From: an uncultured Thermoleophilia bacterium | GTDB lineage: Bacteria; Actinomycetota; Thermoleophilia; Gaiellales; Gaiellaceae | Direction: 5' to 3' | Assembly: GCA_963782615.1 (NCBI GenBank) | Contig: CAWAKM010000007.1 | Location: forward strand, 1,432-65,431 | Length of the DNA stretch: 64,000 bases | Part shown: piece after piece, positions 56,343 through 64,000 of the stretch | Layout: each line of letters begins with the position of its first letter | Position numbering within the stretch: position 1 is the first letter of the stretch | The notes under the pieces: generated by a model | What the model was told of the DNA's origin: nothing | The model's input: only the letters and a program-made list of their open reading frames with translations | Databases searched by the model: none | Made by a program: the position numbers and the translations under genes

Positions 56343-57422
56343 CTACCGGAGTCGCCACCGCTTCCGGTGGCGGTTGTTGTCGATCGTGACGGTACCCGTC
56401 TGGTAGGGCTCCCAGACGACGCTGCCGTCGAGCAACGTGACGGTGAGCCCGAGCTGGTGGGCGCCGTTGCTGAGTTTCGTTGTGTCGAGCCGGTACTCGT
56501 ATGGGGCTGTCGTGTCAGTAGAGGTGATCTTGTTGCCGTCGAGCGCGAACACGACCTGCTGCACCGGCGCCGACGGCGTTGCCGTCCAGGCCACCGTCCC
56601 CTTCAGCGTCTGTCCCGCCGTGATGTTTTGCGCGACCCGCGGCAGGATCGGGTCCGTATACACCCAGGCGACGCTCGAGGACGTTCCGCCGGCGCCATCC
56701 GGGATCGACACCCCGAGACCGATGCCCAGCGATTGGCTCTTCAGATAGGTCTTGGAGGGGTCATACATCCCCTCACCGATCGTCCAGCGGTCGACCTCAG
56801 GGGGGACGTCAAGGGGATTGCAGTCGCTCGGCGGTTCGTCCGGTTCCGGCGAGGCGAGTTCCCAGCAGTTGTACCACTGGTAGGTGAACGTGATCGGCAG
56901 CCCGACCGCGGCGCCGACGAGAGCCCAGTCGCCGTGGTCTGCAACAACGGTGTTGCCAACGACCGGGTCGCCGACGATGCGCGGTTCACGCACAAGGAGC
57001 GGCGGACGGTAGATCACGGGCCCGACCGGCGACGAGTCCTGCGTGCTGTGCCCATTCGCATCCGTAGCCGTTACCCGCACCCATAGGGACGAACCGACGT
57101 GGGAGTCCGCGACCGCGTACGTCGAACCGACGCCGACGCTCGCGAGCGGGGTCGTGTCGCCGCGGAACCATTCGTAACTGAAGTCAATCGGCCCCGTTCC
57201 CGTCCATGCTCCAGGCAGAGCGGTGAGGGTGCTTCCCTCCCAGACCTTGCCGTCGCCGCCTGGCGAACCCGACAGTCCTGCCGGCGACTGCACCTCGATC
57301 CCGATTCCCGACCCATAGGCTGGGCCGGCCTGCGCGATATCTGCGGCATCCGCCGATCCAGGCAGGCCCGCGAGACAAGCCGCGGCCACCGCCACGAGCG
57401 CCCAGCCTCTCAAACGTCGCAT
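56343..57422 (-). CDS. Secreted protein with two Ig-like repeats and a C-terminal bacterial Ig domain
   Basis: Signal peptide; G..LTA.PG.W.G....FSYEW motifs; DTTAPYEYRLDTTKLSNGAHQL. Confidence 0.75.
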   Translation of the reverse strand: MRRLRGWALVAVAAACLAGLPGSADAADIAQAGPAYGSGIGIEVQSPAGLSGSPGGDGKVWEGSTLTALPGAWTGTGPIDFSYEWFRGDTTPLASVGVGSTYAVADSHVGSSLWVRVTATDANGHSTQDSSPVGPVIYRPPLLVREPRIVGDPVVGNTVVADHGDWALVGAAVGLPITFTYQWYNCWELASPEPDEPPSDCNPLDVPPEVDRWTIGEGMYDPSKTYLKSQSLGIGLGVSIPDGAGGTSSSVAWVYTDPILPRVAQNITAGQTLKGTVAWTATPSAPVQQVVFALDGNKITSTDTTAPYEYRLDTTKLSNGAHQLGLTVTLLDGSVVWEPYQTGTVTIDNNRHRKRWRLR

Positions 57423-57639
57423 CACAATGCCGCCTTTCGTCTCGATCGTACAACGTACGACGGCCTGCAGCTCATGTCCTTCATCTCATGGACGACCCCG
57501 GCGTGAGCCGTCAGGAACGATGATCGGACGCAAATCGTGCGGAGCTTGTGGTGATCCGTTCTCGGCCTGCCGACGCAGTCGGGTCCGAAGCAGCTTTTCG
57601 GCCCGCGGCGCGTCCGGCGGTGACGTTCGGGTCGTTGGC

Positions 57640-59268
57640 TTATGGCGTTTCGACGGGGACGTCTACGGCGATGGTCGTGCCGTGTCCTGGTTGGGAGTTG
57701 ATGTCGAACGTGCCGTTGATGAGCGTGATTCGTTCACGCATGCCAAGGAGTCCGGCACGGTCCGGCGCTACCTGTTCGGGGTTGAAGCCTTGCCCGTCGT
57801 CGGTGATGGTGAGCCTGATCGTGTTCGAGGAGCGTCCCAGCTTGACCTGGATCGCCCGTGCGTCTCCGTGTCTGATCGCGTTGGCCACTGCTTCCTGGGT
57901 GACGCGGTACAGCGCGGTTTCGACGGGTTCGGGCAGTCGAGTGTCCAGCCCGTGCGTTGTCAGAGTGATCGTCAGGTGGCTGCGCTCTTGCAGGTCGCTG
58001 CTGAATCGTTCGAGCGCCGCGACGAGCCCGAAGTCGTCCAGCACGGAGGGGCGAAGATCGATCGAGAGCTTGCGGACGCTCGCCAGTGCGTCTCTGACGA
58101 GTTCTCGCAACGCACTTGCAGCCTTCTCGTCGACCTCCTCCAACGGCCTGAGGCCGAGCAGGATCGCGGTCAGCGCCTGTCCGGTCTCGTCATGCAGTTC
58201 TCGAGCAATTCGTTTGCGTTCGAGCTCCTGGGCTCCCAGGATGCGGGACACGGTGTCGCGGTGGACACGTTGGGAAAGGTCGATCGCGATTGCGGCCCGA
58301 TCTGCGAACTCCTGCACGAGTCGGTAGTCGGTCTCGGAGAAGCGCGGATCGAGCCCCGCGTGGTCGTTGACTGCGATCGCTCCGATCGGCTCGCCACCCA
58401 CGAGTAGGGGCACGAAGATCGCCGCCCGGATGCCCCATTCGCGGGCGAGTGACCGGTCGGCCTCGAGGTCGTCGATCATGGAATCGACACGCTCGCCACG
58501 GCGGCGGTGCATCACTGCAGCGGTCTTGGAGCCGCTGGGTTCGAGACGACGGCCGACGGCATCGGTTGCACGCTCGCCCGCCGCGGCAGCGATCTCGAAC
58601 GATCCGTCCGGATGCTGCAGAGAGACATAGACGAAGCGGGCGTGGACGAGTTCCTGGATCCGCTCGCAGACCAGGTCCAGGACGACCTTGGGCTCGTACT
58701 CGTTCGCGAGAGCATTGCTCACCTCCGCGAGGGACTCGAGCTGGCGCGACCACCGGATCGACGACTCGTAGAGGCGGGCGTTCTCGATCGCGACGGCGGC
58801 CTGCGCGGCAAGCAGTTCGATCAGTTGTTCATCCTCTTCCGTGAAACCGGCGTCTCCTTCCTTCTCCGTCAAGTAGAGGTTTCCGTAGGCAACGCCACGC
58901 ATGAAGATCGGCACGCCCAGGAACGACATCATCGGCGGATGCCCGGGCGGGAAGCCGACCGAGCGCGGATCGGCGTGGAGGTCATCGAGCCGCAGGCGGC
59001 GCGCGTCTCGGATGAGCGCACCCAGGACACCGCGGCCACGCGGAAGCTCCCCGATCGTTCGCCGGGTCTCCTCATCGACGCCGTGAGTGATGAACCGCTC
59101 GAGGTCCGAGCCGCGGGCGTCGATCACGCCCAAGGCGGCATATCGTGCCTGCGTCAGATCGGCAGCACTCTCGACGATCCGCCGCAGCAGATCGTCCAGC
59201 GACAACTCGGCGTTCAGGGCCACGCCGGCGTCGATCACTCGATGCAGACGCTCCGCATACGAGCCCAC
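57640..59268 (-). CDS. GAF-GAF histidine kinase (DosS/DosT-like)
   Basis: ARYAALGVID, PRSVGFPPGHPPM.SFLGVPI, ERKRIARELHDETGQ, QEAVANAIRH, GLLGMRER; start uncertain (59268-59350). Confidence 0.9.
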   Translation of the reverse strand: MGSYAERLHRVIDAGVALNAELSLDDLLRRIVESAADLTQARYAALGVIDARGSDLERFITHGVDEETRRTIGELPRGRGVLGALIRDARRLRLDDLHADPRSVGFPPGHPPMMSFLGVPIFMRGVAYGNLYLTEKEGDAGFTEEDEQLIELLAAQAAVAIENARLYESSIRWSRQLESLAEVSNALANEYEPKVVLDLVCERIQELVHARFVYVSLQHPDGSFEIAAAAGERATDAVGRRLEPSGSKTAAVMHRRRGERVDSMIDDLEADRSLAREWGIRAAIFVPLLVGGEPIGAIAVNDHAGLDPRFSETDYRLVQEFADRAAIAIDLSQRVHRDTVSRILGAQELERKRIARELHDETGQALTAILLGLRPLEEVDEKAASALRELVRDALASVRKLSIDLRPSVLDDFGLVAALERFSSDLQERSHLTITLTTHGLDTRLPEPVETALYRVTQEAVANAIRHGDARAIQVKLGRSSNTIRLTITDDGQGFNPEQVAPDRAGLLGMRERITLINGTFDINSQPGHGTTIAVDVPVETP

Positions 59269-59385
59269 GGCCGTCTTCCGGGTTCGCCCCTCGGCCCCCG
59301 TCAACGCGCTCGTCCGTAGAAGACCACGTCCGCCGATCCGGCGGGACACCGATGCGGGGGCACCTCGCGCCCACGAGGCTGTTCG

Positions 59386-59838
59386 ATGAGAGACATGTTC
59401 CGAGTTCTGATTATTGACGACCACGCAGTCGTCCGCGATGTTCTTCGCGCCCAGCTCAGGCAGGCGGGGATCGACGTTGTCGGTGAGGCGGCCGATTTCG
59501 ACGACGGACTCTGCCAGGCACGGCGCCTGCGACCCGAGATCATCATCCTCGACGCCGTCATCCCACTCACAAACGGGCATGTGGCTCTCGCCGCTCTCGC
59601 CAACGCCCTCCCGGACACAAGGATCATCTACCTCGGCAGCGACGCCGACGCCCGATACGCCGACGCCGCGCTCCGCGCCGGGGCCGACGCCTACGTCTTC
59701 AAGGACGACGCCGACACGAGAACCGTGCCGACCGTGAAATTGCTCGCCGCGCCGCGACGAGCCCAGGGCCGCCGGGCGTCCGGTACGGCGAGGCGTCCAG
59801 ACCGGACGCGCGGGCAAGCGCGAGCTGTCGAGCAGTAG
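59386..59838 (+). CDS. Receiver-only NarL-type response regulator
   Basis: RVLIIDDHAVVR, IILDAVIP, GADAYVFKD; no HTH. Confidence 0.8.
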   Translation: MRDMFRVLIIDDHAVVRDVLRAQLRQAGIDVVGEAADFDDGLCQARRLRPEIIILDAVIPLTNGHVALAALANALPDTRIIYLGSDADARYADAALRAGADAYVFKDDADTRTVPTVKLLAAPRRAQGRRASGTARRPDRTRGQARAVEQ

Positions 59839-59928
59839 AGCCCGCCAGCACCGGTGGTCGGAGCACGGTCTCGATGAGTGGCTTCGCGGCGTGTCCCGGT
59901 GACGCCCTGACGGCGGCCTCGAGAAGCG

Positions 59929-61182
59929 ATGATGAGAACCGTGACCCGACTCGAGCATCTCGGCTCCGACGCGCTCCTCGCCCTTCTGGTCGGTCGGCGT
60001 TGGTTTGCGGCGTCCGGGCTCGAGCCCGAGTGTGCGCTCATCTCGTGCGTCGTTCACGCCGACGCCGATCTGGAGCTCGCGCTCGTCGAAGTGCGATTCG
60101 CCGGGGGCCTTCTCCACAGATACCTTCTTGCCGTCGGTCCGGACGGCCGGGATGCGTTCGGACATCTGCCCGCGTTGGGCCGCCTCGCGGCGCTTGCCAG
60201 AGTAACGACGCCCTGTGCATCGGCTCGTGTGATCGGGGTCGAGCAGTCGAACTCGTCGGTCGTGCTCGACGAGAGCGTCGTCATCAAACTCTACCGCCGC
60301 ATCGAGGCAGGCCCCAGTCCTGAGGTCGAGCTGCTGGTTGCACTCGAGGAAGCCGCATTCGCTTCGGCGCCGCGCCTGCGAGGCGTAATCCGGCACACGA
60401 GCACGTCCCTCGAGCTGACGCTCGCCGTCCTCACCGACTACGTCCCCTCGGCTGGAGGAGGTTGGGAACTGACCCTCGCCTCGCTCGCCGCCGGGAACGC
60501 GGGTTGGCTGCCGGAGCGGGCGCGGAGGCTGGGAGAGGTGACGGGATCGATGCACGCGGCATTGGCCTCGGCGTCCCAGTCGTCCATTGCGCCGGAACCG
60601 GCGAACGTGAAATCGGTCGGCCTGCTCGCCGCGGCGATCGACGAGGAAGTCGTTCGGCTCGTCGATACGCCGATCGAGGGCCGGATCCGGGAGCTGCGCG
60701 ACCTCGTGCAGCGTCTGGCCCGCGTCGGCGCACCCGGGCTCGTGCTCCGGGCTCACGGCGACTATCACCTCGGCCAGGTCCTGTGGGCCAATTCGGGCGA
60801 CTGGGTCGTAATCGATTTCGAGGGCGAGCCGGGCCGCTCGCTCGCCGACCGCCGCCGGCGGACATTCGCGCTCGGGGACGTCGCCGGCATGCTGCGCTCG
60901 TTCGCCTACGCCGAGGCTGCAGCGCGCCTGGTCAACGGCGTCTCCGCACCTCCAGGGTGGCAAGCCTCGTGCCGTGCCGCCTTCGTCGACGGCTGGCGGG
61001 CCACCGTCGACCCCCGGCTGTTGCCTTCGAGCCAGGTCGGCTTCGAGCGCCTGCTCGCTCTCCTCGAGCTGCAGAAGCTCGTCTACGAGCTTCGGTACGA
61101 GCTTGCCAACCGACCCGATTGGGTGGCCATCCCGGTCGCGGCGCTCGAACGGATGCTGGATGCCTCACGACCGGAGCCATAG
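59929..61182 (+). CDS. Maltokinase-like (Mak/Pep2) phosphotransferase
   Basis: [67 protein letters not shown]. Confidence 0.88.
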   Translation: MMRTVTRLEHLGSDALLALLVGRRWFAASGLEPECALISCVVHADADLELALVEVRFAGGLLHRYLLAVGPDGRDAFGHLPALGRLAALARVTTPCASARVIGVEQSNSSVVLDESVVIKLYRRIEAGPSPEVELLVALEEAAFASAPRLRGVIRHTSTSLELTLAVLTDYVPSAGGGWELTLASLAAGNAGWLPERARRLGEVTGSMHAALASASQSSIAPEPANVKSVGLLAAAIDEEVVRLVDTPIEGRIRELRDLVQRLARVGAPGLVLRAHGDYHLGQVLWANSGDWVVIDFEGEPGRSLADRRRRTFALGDVAGMLRSFAYAEAAARLVNGVSAPPGWQASCRAAFVDGWRATVDPRLLPSSQVGFERLLALLELQKLVYELRYELANRPDWVAIPVAALERMLDASRPEP

Positions 61183-61249
61183 CCGCTGGTCTTACAGCTA
61201 CTCCTCCACTATTCTCGTCGCGGGTAGGTCGACGAGAGGGAGCGCCTTC

Positions 61250-62434
61250 GTGAGCAAGATCGTCCTCGAGAACGTGAGCAAGGTGTATCCGGGTGATGTG
61301 CATGCGGTCGACGACGTTTCGTTGACGATCGAGTCCGGAGAGTTCATGGTGCTCGTCGGCCCGTCGGGATGTGGTAAGTCGACGTTGCTCCGGATGATCG
61401 CGGGGCTCGAGGACATCACCGAGGGCGCCGTGTTCATCGGCGACCGGGACGTCACCCACCTGTCGCCGCGCAATCGCGACATCGCGATGGTGTTCCAGAA
61501 CTACGCGCTGTATCCCCACATGAGCGTGCGGAAAAATCTCGCGTACGGGCTCAAGGTCAGGAAGACGCCGAAAGAGGAGATCGACCGTCGCGTCGACGGA
61601 GTGGCGAAGATGCTCGGGCTCGAGCCGTACCTCGACCGTCGGCCTGCGAACCTGTCGGGCGGCCAGCGCCAGCGCGTCGCGATGGGGCGCGCGATCGTGC
61701 GCGAACCGGCCGCGTATCTGATGGACGAGCCGCTGTCGAATCTCGATGCGAAGCTGCGTGTGGGGATGCGTGCCGAGCTCTCGCGCCTTCACGAACGCCT
61801 CGGCACCACGACCGTCTACGTGACCCATGATCAGATCGAGGCCATGACCCTCGGACAACGCGTTACGGTGATGAAAGACGGCATCATCCAGCAGGTCGGC
61901 CAGCCGCAGGTTCTCTACCTCGACCCGGCGAATCTCTTCGTTGCAGCGTTCATGGGCTCACCGTCGATGAACCTGGTCGAGGCGACCGTCGCCGGCGACA
62001 GTATCGAGTTCGCGGGGTTCCGCCTGCCTCTGGCTCCCGAGCGGAGGCCGGCAAGGGACGGTCAGGTGATTCTCGGCATCCGGCCGGGCGACTTCGAGGA
62101 CGTTGCGTATGCCGACGCCGGTCTGCCCGAGATCGAGGTCGACGTCGCCGTGCTCGAGGAGCTCGGCGCCGAGTCGCACGTGATCTTCTGGGTGGATGCG
62201 GCTCCTGTGGCGACCGATGACACGAGGGCGGAAGACGACGAGGACGAGCGGGCACAACTTCTCGCCGACGACCAGCGATCGCTCTTCACGGCTTCGGTCG
62301 ACGCGCACACGCGAGCCAAGCCGGGCAGCAGCCTCAGGCTCGCGATCGACGCGCGCGCCTTCCACTTCTTCGACCCGCTCACCGGGCAGTCACTGCGCGC
62401 CCCCGACAAGGAGCTTGCTGGGGCATCCGTCTAG
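61250..62434 (+). CDS. Sugar ABC transporter ATP-binding subunit (MalK/MsiK/UgpC-like)
   Basis: [54 protein letters not shown]. Confidence 0.95.
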   Translation: MSKIVLENVSKVYPGDVHAVDDVSLTIESGEFMVLVGPSGCGKSTLLRMIAGLEDITEGAVFIGDRDVTHLSPRNRDIAMVFQNYALYPHMSVRKNLAYGLKVRKTPKEEIDRRVDGVAKMLGLEPYLDRRPANLSGGQRQRVAMGRAIVREPAAYLMDEPLSNLDAKLRVGMRAELSRLHERLGTTTVYVTHDQIEAMTLGQRVTVMKDGIIQQVGQPQVLYLDPANLFVAAFMGSPSMNLVEATVAGDSIEFAGFRLPLAPERRPARDGQVILGIRPGDFEDVAYADAGLPEIEVDVAVLEELGAESHVIFWVDAAPVATDDTRAEDDEDERAQLLADDQRSLFTASVDAHTRAKPGSSLRLAIDARAFHFFDPLTGQSLRAPDKELAGASV

Positions 62435-62895
62435 CTGAATCCCACTGCGTGGGCCCAGTAGTCCACGAGCCAGTGGCCGTTGCGCTTACGGAGAACGATC
62501 TCGAACGTGTGGGGCTTCTGATCGGGCGCGTCGAGCGTGATCCAGCTCCCGACCTCGGTGGAAAGCCGGACGCGAGGAGTCAGCTGGGCGGTGACCGCCT
62601 TGGGCTTTTCGGTCACGTAGGGCGCGAAGGCCCTGCCTGCCGCGAACGTCGCCCTCGTCCGGCTCTTCCGCAAGGCGGGTGTGACGAGGTCGTACGCGCA
62701 CCCCGGGTTCTGCCGCAGCACCCCGGAGGTGATGAAGAGGATCGCCACCTCCTCTGGCGTGGCCTTGCGCGCATCTGCGCGCACCTTCGCGCACGACGTC
62801 GCCGAGACGCCGCCCTCCGCCGGCCCTACGGTCAGGCCCATCGCCACTGCGAGCACGGAAACTGCGATGAGAGCGTGTACGAGGCGATAAGGCAC
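62431..62895 (-). CDS. Hypothetical secreted protein (NTF2-like layout)
   Basis: Signal peptide, [27 protein letters not shown]. Confidence 0.6.
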   Translation of the reverse strand: MPYRLVHALIAVSVLAVAMGLTVGPAEGGVSATSCAKVRADARKATPEEVAILFITSGVLRQNPGCAYDLVTPALRKSRTRATFAAGRAFAPYVTEKPKAVTAQLTPRVRLSTEVGSWITLDAPDQKPHTFEIVLRKRNGHWLVDYWAHAVGFS

Positions 62896-63104
62896 GACCG
62901 GTGAAGCGTAGCCACGCCGAGCGGGCCGCGATCGCGATCGCGGCCGGGTGACGGGGACCTAGCGTCGAACCAGACCCGGGCGTCGATACGGCCATCGTGC
63001 CGGACGAGCTGCGCGCGATCGCGACGAGCGAGTCTGTTTCGCTTGCTGAATAGGCACGGCGCCAGCACGGCGGTTCACGGTACGACGGTCGCCGCCGGAG
63101 TCGG

Positions 63105-64000
63105 TCACGGCCTCGGAGAAGCCGTCGTTCCGCCGTGGCGCAGCTGCGGGTGGAACACGTAGTTCGGTTGTGTCTGATCGGGCGACTCGATCAGCTTGCG
63201 CAGCGCGCTGATCGCCGTCACGGCGATCTCGTCGATCGGCTGCGCGACCGTGGTCAGCGACGGCTGGGTCCACGAGGCTGCCTCGATCCCGTCGAACCCG
63301 ACGATGGACAGGTCGTCGGGAACGCGCAGGCCGAGCGCTGTCGCCTCGAGCAGCGCCCCGATCGCCATCAGGTCGTTCGAGCAGATGACGCCCGTCGGAA
63401 GGTGCCCGATGCCCGCGTCCATCAGCAACCCCAGCGCCTGGCGACCGCCGTCGACCGTGAACCCGGCGTATGCGACGGAGCCGTTCGGCTCGATCCCGGC
63501 GGCGCGGAGCGCGTCGTCGCGGCCCATCAGCTTCTCCCGGGTCGCCTGCGCGAAGGACTCGCCGGCAACGAAGCCGATGTGCCGGTGGCCTAGCTCCAGG
63601 AGGTGCTCGGTTGCGAGACGACCGGCGGCGCGCTCGTCGACGCCGACGGTCGTCGACGCCGGTGACTCGAGGCCGCCGTTCACGAACACGAGCCGCGCCC
63701 CCTGCGCGAGCAGCTGCGAGTAGTGACCATGGTCGCCGCGCACGTCGGTGATCTCGGCGCAGATGAACACCATTCCCTCGACCCGGCGCTCGAGCAGCAT
63801 GTGCACGTAGCCGACCTCGCGCATGGCCGAGCCCCGGGTGTTGCAGAGGATAGCCGCGTAGCCGGCATTCGTCGCCTGCGTCTCCATCGCCTGCGCAAGG
63901 GCGGCGAAGACGGGGTTGGCGAACTCCGGTACGAGCAGGCCGATTGCGCCCGAGTCGGTACTGCGTCCGGGCGGCACATAGAGCAGCTCCTGCATCGCAC
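63105..64000 (-). CDS. LacI-family regulator (5'-partial; HTH lies beyond the window)
   Basis: IGLLVPEFANPVF, ATEHLLELGHRHIGF, PTGVICSNDLMAIG, VPDDLSIVGFDG, PSLTTVAQP. Confidence 0.93.
   Translation of the reverse strand, partial: AMQELLYVPPGRSTDSGAIGLLVPEFANPVFAALAQAMETQATNAGYAAILCNTRGSAMREVGYVHMLLERRVEGMVFICAEITDVRGDHGHYSQLLAQGARLVFVNGGLESPASTTVGVDERAAGRLATEHLLELGHRHIGFVAGESFAQATREKLMGRDDALRAAGIEPNGSVAYAGFTVDGGRQALGLLMDAGIGHLPTGVICSNDLMAIGALLEATALGLRVPDDLSIVGFDGIEAASWTQPSLTTVAQPIDEIAVTAISALRKLIESPDQTQPNYVFHPQLRHGGTTASPRP

Noticed and set aside
59269-60963. 1107-aa kinase as given by the ORF track
   Set aside because: The N-terminal ~560 aa are the antisense shadow of the receiver and maltokinase genes

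Overview
High-GC (visually about 68-70%) bacterial DNA. It is most consistent with an Actinomycetota of class Thermoleophilia (Gaiellales-like); this is inferred from the Gram-positive SOS box, the type-A rnpB and the gene repertoire, and no search was run. Bases 1-24.2 kb are mostly core genome: HD-GYP and LuxR genes, a sigma-70, topA, plsC-like, 5'-3' exonuclease, deacetylase, a two-component pair, rnpB, lexA, tRNA-Leu, secG, a B12 mutase, moaD-E, LOG, PNP, then selA-selB, a hidden CxxU selenoprotein gene and selC. From selC onward the DNA is accessory. Two integrase-less islands lie in tandem, each closed by a 3' copy of selC (30980-31060 and 38810-38872), followed by a mosaic of intact genes and remnants, and finally maltokinase, a sugar ABC ATPase and LacI. 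Best leads: (1) an unannotated 20-aa peptide gene (1614-1676) with its own promoter and RBS, divergent from a membrane HD-GYP gene flanked by LuxR genes; (2) an IS1111-type element whose right-end RNA carries readable target and donor guides, with an unoccupied target-like site 2 kb upstream; (3) tandem selC islands sharing att-arm motifs; (4) a 4x23-aa repeat protein next to a split PEP-dependent kinase pair; (5) an AhpD/CMD selenoprotein with a SECIS-like hairpin. At least four +1 frameshifts in otherwise intact genes suggest residual sequencing indels.
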